A program made the position numbers and the translations under genes. A stretch of DNA of 64,000 nucleotides from Sumerlaeia bacterium (GTDB lineage: Bacteria > Sumerlaeota > Sumerlaeia > SLMS01 > JAHLLQ01): positions 64,001-128,000 of the forward strand of contig JAVJSW010000012.1 of the NCBI GenBank assembly GCA_040219255.1, given 5' to 3'. The number at the start of each line of letters is the position of its first letter. The stretch's first letter is position 1. Under the pieces are notes generated by a model. The model was not told the DNA's origin. It searched no databases and saw only the letters and a program-made list of their open reading frames with translations. Of this stretch, positions 60,169 to 64,000 are shown piece by piece.

Positions 60169-62727
60169 TTGCAATGCGGAGAGTTTCCTGTGCGTCCGTC
60201 CATTCCTTGGCTATTACTTTTATTGGCTCTTTTCTCCGGTCGCGTCCCGGCCGCCGAACTCGCGTTCGACATCGTGGTCAATGGCGGGTCGTTTTCCGCT
60301 CCGGCGGCGGCGTTCGCGGCGGCGCGTGAGAATCCCCAGGCTCAGGTTCTCCTGATCGAGCCCACCGACTGGCTCGGCGGCCAGGCCACCAGCCAGGGCG
60401 TCTCGGCCATCGACAACGCCTATCACGCCCCCGCCAACGGCTGGATGGCGAACGACGAACCGAACCACTACGCCGCCGATTACCTCCAGTGGATCACCCG
60501 CATGCAGACCGCCCCGCCATCGGCCCCGGGCGAAGGCTACTCGGGCTTATCCGGCTGGGTATCGCGCGATTGCTACGACCCGCGCACCGGGGCGTGGGCG
60601 CTGGATCAGTTGGCGGCGGGCTTTCCCAACCTGACGGTGATGAAGTTGACGGTGCTCAAGGACCTGACCGTCGAGCCGGTCGCGGACGAGCGCGGCGCGG
60701 GCCAGCGCATCACCGGCCTCGTCCTGATCGAGCGCACGCCCCAGCCCGGCTACTCGCCCTTCGACGATTTCACGTCCGAGGAACTGCCCGACTGGTATTC
60801 CGACGCGGACTCCGCGCGCTTCACCAAGGCGACCCACACCGTTGTCGCCGCGCGGCCCGAGGTGGGGCTGGTGGTGATCGACGCCTCCGAAGTGGGCGAC
60901 GCCCTAGTGCTCAGCGGCGCCCGCTATACTCAGGGACGCGAGGTCTCGACCGAGGCCATCGCCGAGGACGGTTCCCTGCCCGCCCTGAACGACGACGAGC
61001 CCATGGCCACCGTTTATCCCTTTGCCGTTACCACCAGCAACGTGGTGTCCGACGAAGCGGAAGTCAAAACCCCCTGGCCCGATTTCGACGATTACCTGGC
61101 CCAGCGCACCGCCGATTACTTCGGCCTGGGCGGCTTCCCCTGGCACGAGGTCTGGACGTACCGGCGGCTGCTGGTCGGCCCCGGCGGCAGCAACGGCATC
61201 GCGGCGGTGAACCCGGGCGATGTCTCGATGCAGAACTGGAACCCCGGCAACGATTACCGCCAGGGCCCCTGGCTCCTGCCCATGGCCGCCACGAACGCTC
61301 AAGCGGCATCGGGATGGCAAGGCGGGGTGGACGTCGCCCAATTGGCCATCGCCGAGAAGCACGCCACGGCTTGGTATTTCTGGTACAAGGCCAACCGGTC
61401 CAGCGCTCTGCCGACCGCCGACACGCGGCTTCTGCGCGGGTCCGACGCACTGAACATGATGGATACGGCCCACGGTCTGGCTAAGTTCCCCTACATTCGC
61501 GGCACGCGGCGTCTGGTCGGGCTGGACGCGTTCCGCATTACCAGCCGCTACTGGCGCGACACCCGGGCGCCGGGCTACGCGAATGGGACATCCTTCCGCT
61601 ACTACGACAGCGTCGGCATTGGCGCCTATTCGGCGGACTTGCGGCCCCTGATCGGCAGCAGCGGCATCGCCCCGCCCTTCAGCCTGCCCGCGCCGTTCTA
61701 TGTGCCATATCGCGCTCTGGCGTCGGACAATGTACGCAACCTGCTGGCCTGCGGGAAACTGATGGCCCAGACCTACGTGACCAACTCCGCCTACCGGCTT
61801 CATCCCATCGAGTGGTCCTCTGGCTCGGCCGCGGGCACCGCCGCCGCGATCATGGCCCGCGACAACCTGGACAATCACGACCTGCTGCCGATTCCGGCGC
61901 TGCGGGCCTATCAGACCCGCGTCGCCGCCAATTCGCCGATTCGGTGGCTTCTGACGGGCGAGGCCGTGCTGCCGCCAGACGACGGCGACCTGGTGGTGAA
62001 CGGCTTCCGGCCTCTGTACGCCACCACGCCCTTCGCGGTCGAGGCCTATCACCCCACCGCCGGCCGCGCCGTGATCCGTGTCGATGGCGAATTCCTCGCC
62101 GAGACCACCCTGCGCAACCACGGCCGTCTGCTCCATAACGACGCGGGTCTCAACGGTCTGCCGGGTGTGCGCGTCTTCACCGTTCAGCTCTTTGAGGACG
62201 GCGCTCTCGTCGAAACCCTCACTGCCGAAGTCGAGTTCGGCGTCCTGCCCTGTGATCAGGACCCCACGGTCAGCGACAACGACGATCCCTCGGTCTTCAG
62301 CCTGACTGGCGACTGGAGCGCCAGCAGCGCTCAGTCCGACCGCTGGTGCCCGGAATCCACGCCGAGCACCTACAGCTTCAAGTTCGGCAACGAAGCCCCC
62401 GGCACCGCCACCTGGCGCCTGCGCACCACCGTGCCCGGCGTCTATCAGGTCGGCGTGTACTACTCGCCCTCCACCAACCGCGCCACCGACGCGCCCTTCA
62501 CCGTCCATCACCGCAACGGCTCGACCACGGTGCGCGTGAATCAGACGACCGGCAGCCGCGCCTGGATCGAGCTGGGCACCTTCGCGTTCGACGGCACCGC
62601 CGCCGACCGCGTGACCCTGACGAACGCCGGGATTTCCAACACCAGCCGCCTCGTCATCGGCGACGCCGTGCGGGCGGTCCTGATCGAACCGGACTTACGG
62701 GAGTTCGAGGGGTGGGCGGTCTATTGA
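60169..62727 (+). CDS. Secreted FAD-dependent oxidoreductase with C-terminal golvesin/xanthan-lyase-type module
   Basis: Signal peptide; DIVVNGGS, EPTDWLGGQATSQGVS, PYIR..RR, PFYVPYRAL, YRLHP.EW; DNDD...GDAVR; start may be GTG 60190. Confidence 0.87.
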   Translation: MQCGEFPVRPSIPWLLLLLALFSGRVPAAELAFDIVVNGGSFSAPAAAFAAARENPQAQVLLIEPTDWLGGQATSQGVSAIDNAYHAPANGWMANDEPNHYAADYLQWITRMQTAPPSAPGEGYSGLSGWVSRDCYDPRTGAWALDQLAAGFPNLTVMKLTVLKDLTVEPVADERGAGQRITGLVLIERTPQPGYSPFDDFTSEELPDWYSDADSARFTKATHTVVAARPEVGLVVIDASEVGDALVLSGARYTQGREVSTEAIAEDGSLPALNDDEPMATVYPFAVTTSNVVSDEAEVKTPWPDFDDYLAQRTADYFGLGGFPWHEVWTYRRLLVGPGGSNGIAAVNPGDVSMQNWNPGNDYRQGPWLLPMAATNAQAASGWQGGVDVAQLAIAEKHATAWYFWYKANRSSALPTADTRLLRGSDALNMMDTAHGLAKFPYIRGTRRLVGLDAFRITSRYWRDTRAPGYANGTSFRYYDSVGIGAYSADLRPLIGSSGIAPPFSLPAPFYVPYRALASDNVRNLLACGKLMAQTYVTNSAYRLHPIEWSSGSAAGTAAAIMARDNLDNHDLLPIPALRAYQTRVAANSPIRWLLTGEAVLPPDDGDLVVNGFRPLYATTPFAVEAYHPTAGRAVIRVDGEFLAETTLRNHGRLLHNDAGLNGLPGVRVFTVQLFEDGALVETLTAEVEFGVLPCDQDPTVSDNDDPSVFSLTGDWSASSAQSDRWCPESTPSTYSFKFGNEAPGTATWRLRTTVPGVYQVGVYYSPSTNRATDAPFTVHHRNGSTTVRVNQTTGSRAWIELGTFAFDGTAADRVTLTNAGISNTSRLVIGDAVRAVLIEPDLREFEGWAVY

Positions 62728-62736
62728 TTGAAAAAA

Positions 62737-62918
62737 TTTAACGCGAAGAAGCAGAGGAGCAAAGGTGCAAAGAATGTGAAATCAGCGATGGGGATTGATC
62801 CTCTCATCGCTGAGTCGTTTGGCCGCAGCTGGAAATCAAATGCACATCAAAGTACCAATCCGACGACTCCGCTTCGCCGCCAACCACCCCCTTTGCCTCT
62901 TTGCTGCTTTGCGTTAAA
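62737..62918. repeat. Element bounded by GCAAAG/CTTTGC-type tandem inverted repeats
   Basis: Left TTTAACGCGAAGAAGCAGAGGAGCAAAG; right CTTTGCCTCTTTGCTGCTTTGCGTTAAA. Confidence 0.7.
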
Positions 62919-62956
62919 TCCAATCTCTCGAACGGCCCATCGTCTCACTCGTCCCC

Positions 62957-63295
62957 TCACGTGATCGGCCCATCCTTACACGGATGGCGGCCTCCGCCGG
63001 CTTCGTCGAATTCTTCGAGGGCTTCGGCCACGCGGGCGCGGATACCCTCAAGGGTCAGGTTGCCCAGGTCGAATTGCAAGTCCACGCTCAGCCGCGACAG
63101 CTCGACCATGCGGTAGCTGACGTCGTTGGGGGCGAGGCCGTACTCTTCCAGCCAGCGCAGCACGGCGTCGGCGCTGACGCCATAGGTGGCGGCGACGTGG
63201 TGGGCGTTGGGGAATTTGTAGGTGCCCGCGGGCGTGATGCCCAGGTAGTAGTAGCCGAAGAGTTCTTCGCGGGGAGGGCGGCGGTCGGTCGTCAT
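62957..63295 (-). CDS. Hypothetical protein with HTH-like segment
   Basis: AHHVAATYGVSADAVLRWL; 4-nt overlap with the upstream gene. Confidence 0.7.
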   Translation of the reverse strand: MTTDRRPPREELFGYYYLGITPAGTYKFPNAHHVAATYGVSADAVLRWLEEYGLAPNDVSYRMVELSRLSVDLQFDLGNLTLEGIRARVAEALEEFDEAGGGRHPCKDGPIT

Positions 63296-64000
63296 GGCTG
63301 GGACTCTAGCCCGAGAGGCTCGGCCGCGCGCAAGGCTGTCTTGTCATTCGATAGAGAGGGCGATGTGGCGTCGTCGTCCTGGCGATCCGCCGGGGCGCCT
63401 TTGGCCGTAGCGAGCAACCGCTCCTCCTCGCGTTCGAGTGCGAGGAAGAGGGCCTGAAGTTCGGGAGGGAGCGGCCCGTCGGCGCTACGGCGGATCAGCA
63501 GGGCCTTGGCGTTCGCCAGCGCCTGAGCGGCTTTCGAGACCTCGCCCTGATCGCGGAAGACCGCGGCGATTTCCAGGAACAGCCGCATCCGGCGCGCCGA
63601 GGCTTCATCGTCGATTTCGCCGTCCGGCAGGGACTCGTAGTAACGCAGGGATTGGGTGGCCATGTCCGCCATCAGGTCGAGACGAGAGAATTCACGCAGC
63701 TTGTCACCCAGGTCTTCCACCATGAAGGCCAACAGTTCCTCGCCCCGGTCGCGCTCGGCCGCCAGGCGTTCGTTCGCCCGCGAGAGTTGGCGATAGAAGA
63801 GCAGCCCGCCCGCCAATGCCAGCACCGCCAGGACCCCGGCGATACGCAGGGCCCACCGCCGCTGGCTCACAATGGCTTGGCGCTCTCGCTCCTTCCTCGT
63901 CACGGCGTTCAGAAGTTCCTCGCGGTCCGCCGAGGACTCGGGCAGCGATTCGGCCTGGGAGCGCGCCAGCATCAGGTCGCCGTTCGCCAGCGCCTGGTTC
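63292..64000 (-). CDS. 3' part of a membrane-anchored protein with helical/TPR-like tail (kinase- or NTPase-type architecture possible); runs off the window
   Basis: Frame is open to the window edge; RRWALRIAGVLAVLALAGGLLFY TM, then AERDRGEELLAFMVEDLGDKL. Confidence 0.65.
   Translation of the reverse strand, partial: NQALANGDLMLARSQAESLPESSADREELLNAVTRKERERQAIVSQRRWALRIAGVLAVLALAGGLLFYRQLSRANERLAAERDRGEELLAFMVEDLGDKLREFSRLDLMADMATQSLRYYESLPDGEIDDEASARRMRLFLEIAAVFRDQGEVSKAAQALANAKALLIRRSADGPLPPELQALFLALEREEERLLATAKGAPADRQDDDATSPSLSNDKTALRAAEPLGLESQP

Overview
High-GC bacterial chromosomal window. The pilin-like gene's FTLIELLIVVAIIAILAAIAVPNFLEAQVRSKVSR..ADMR motif suggests Candidatus Sumerlaeota/BRC1 or a relative (inference). 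Most of it is housekeeping genes: secA, ogt, tadA, moaC, aroB, secG, ppa, queCE/queF, tRNA-Thr/Tyr, elbB, dprA-priA, a heterodimeric ABC exporter, folP, pnuC-nadR and adk. Accessory elements are a decayed REase-toxin/immunity islet with an integrase remnant and a GNAT/DUF1778 toxin-antitoxin pair. Most notable observations: (1) a SecM-like leader ORF (hydrophobic N-terminus, C-terminal RGPP arrest motif) heads an ogt-secA unit; (2) that SecA carries a ~135-aa insertion resembling the C-terminal domain of AMP-binding (ANL) enzymes; (3) a sigma54-like motif TGGCACG-N4-TCTCT occurs three times in intergenic DNA, once ahead of a candidate ~355-nt sRNA with six TCCCTC repeats; (4) a DegT-family protein lacks its PLP lysine; (5) several intergenic repeat families. 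All calls come from reading motifs by eye; no database searches were run.
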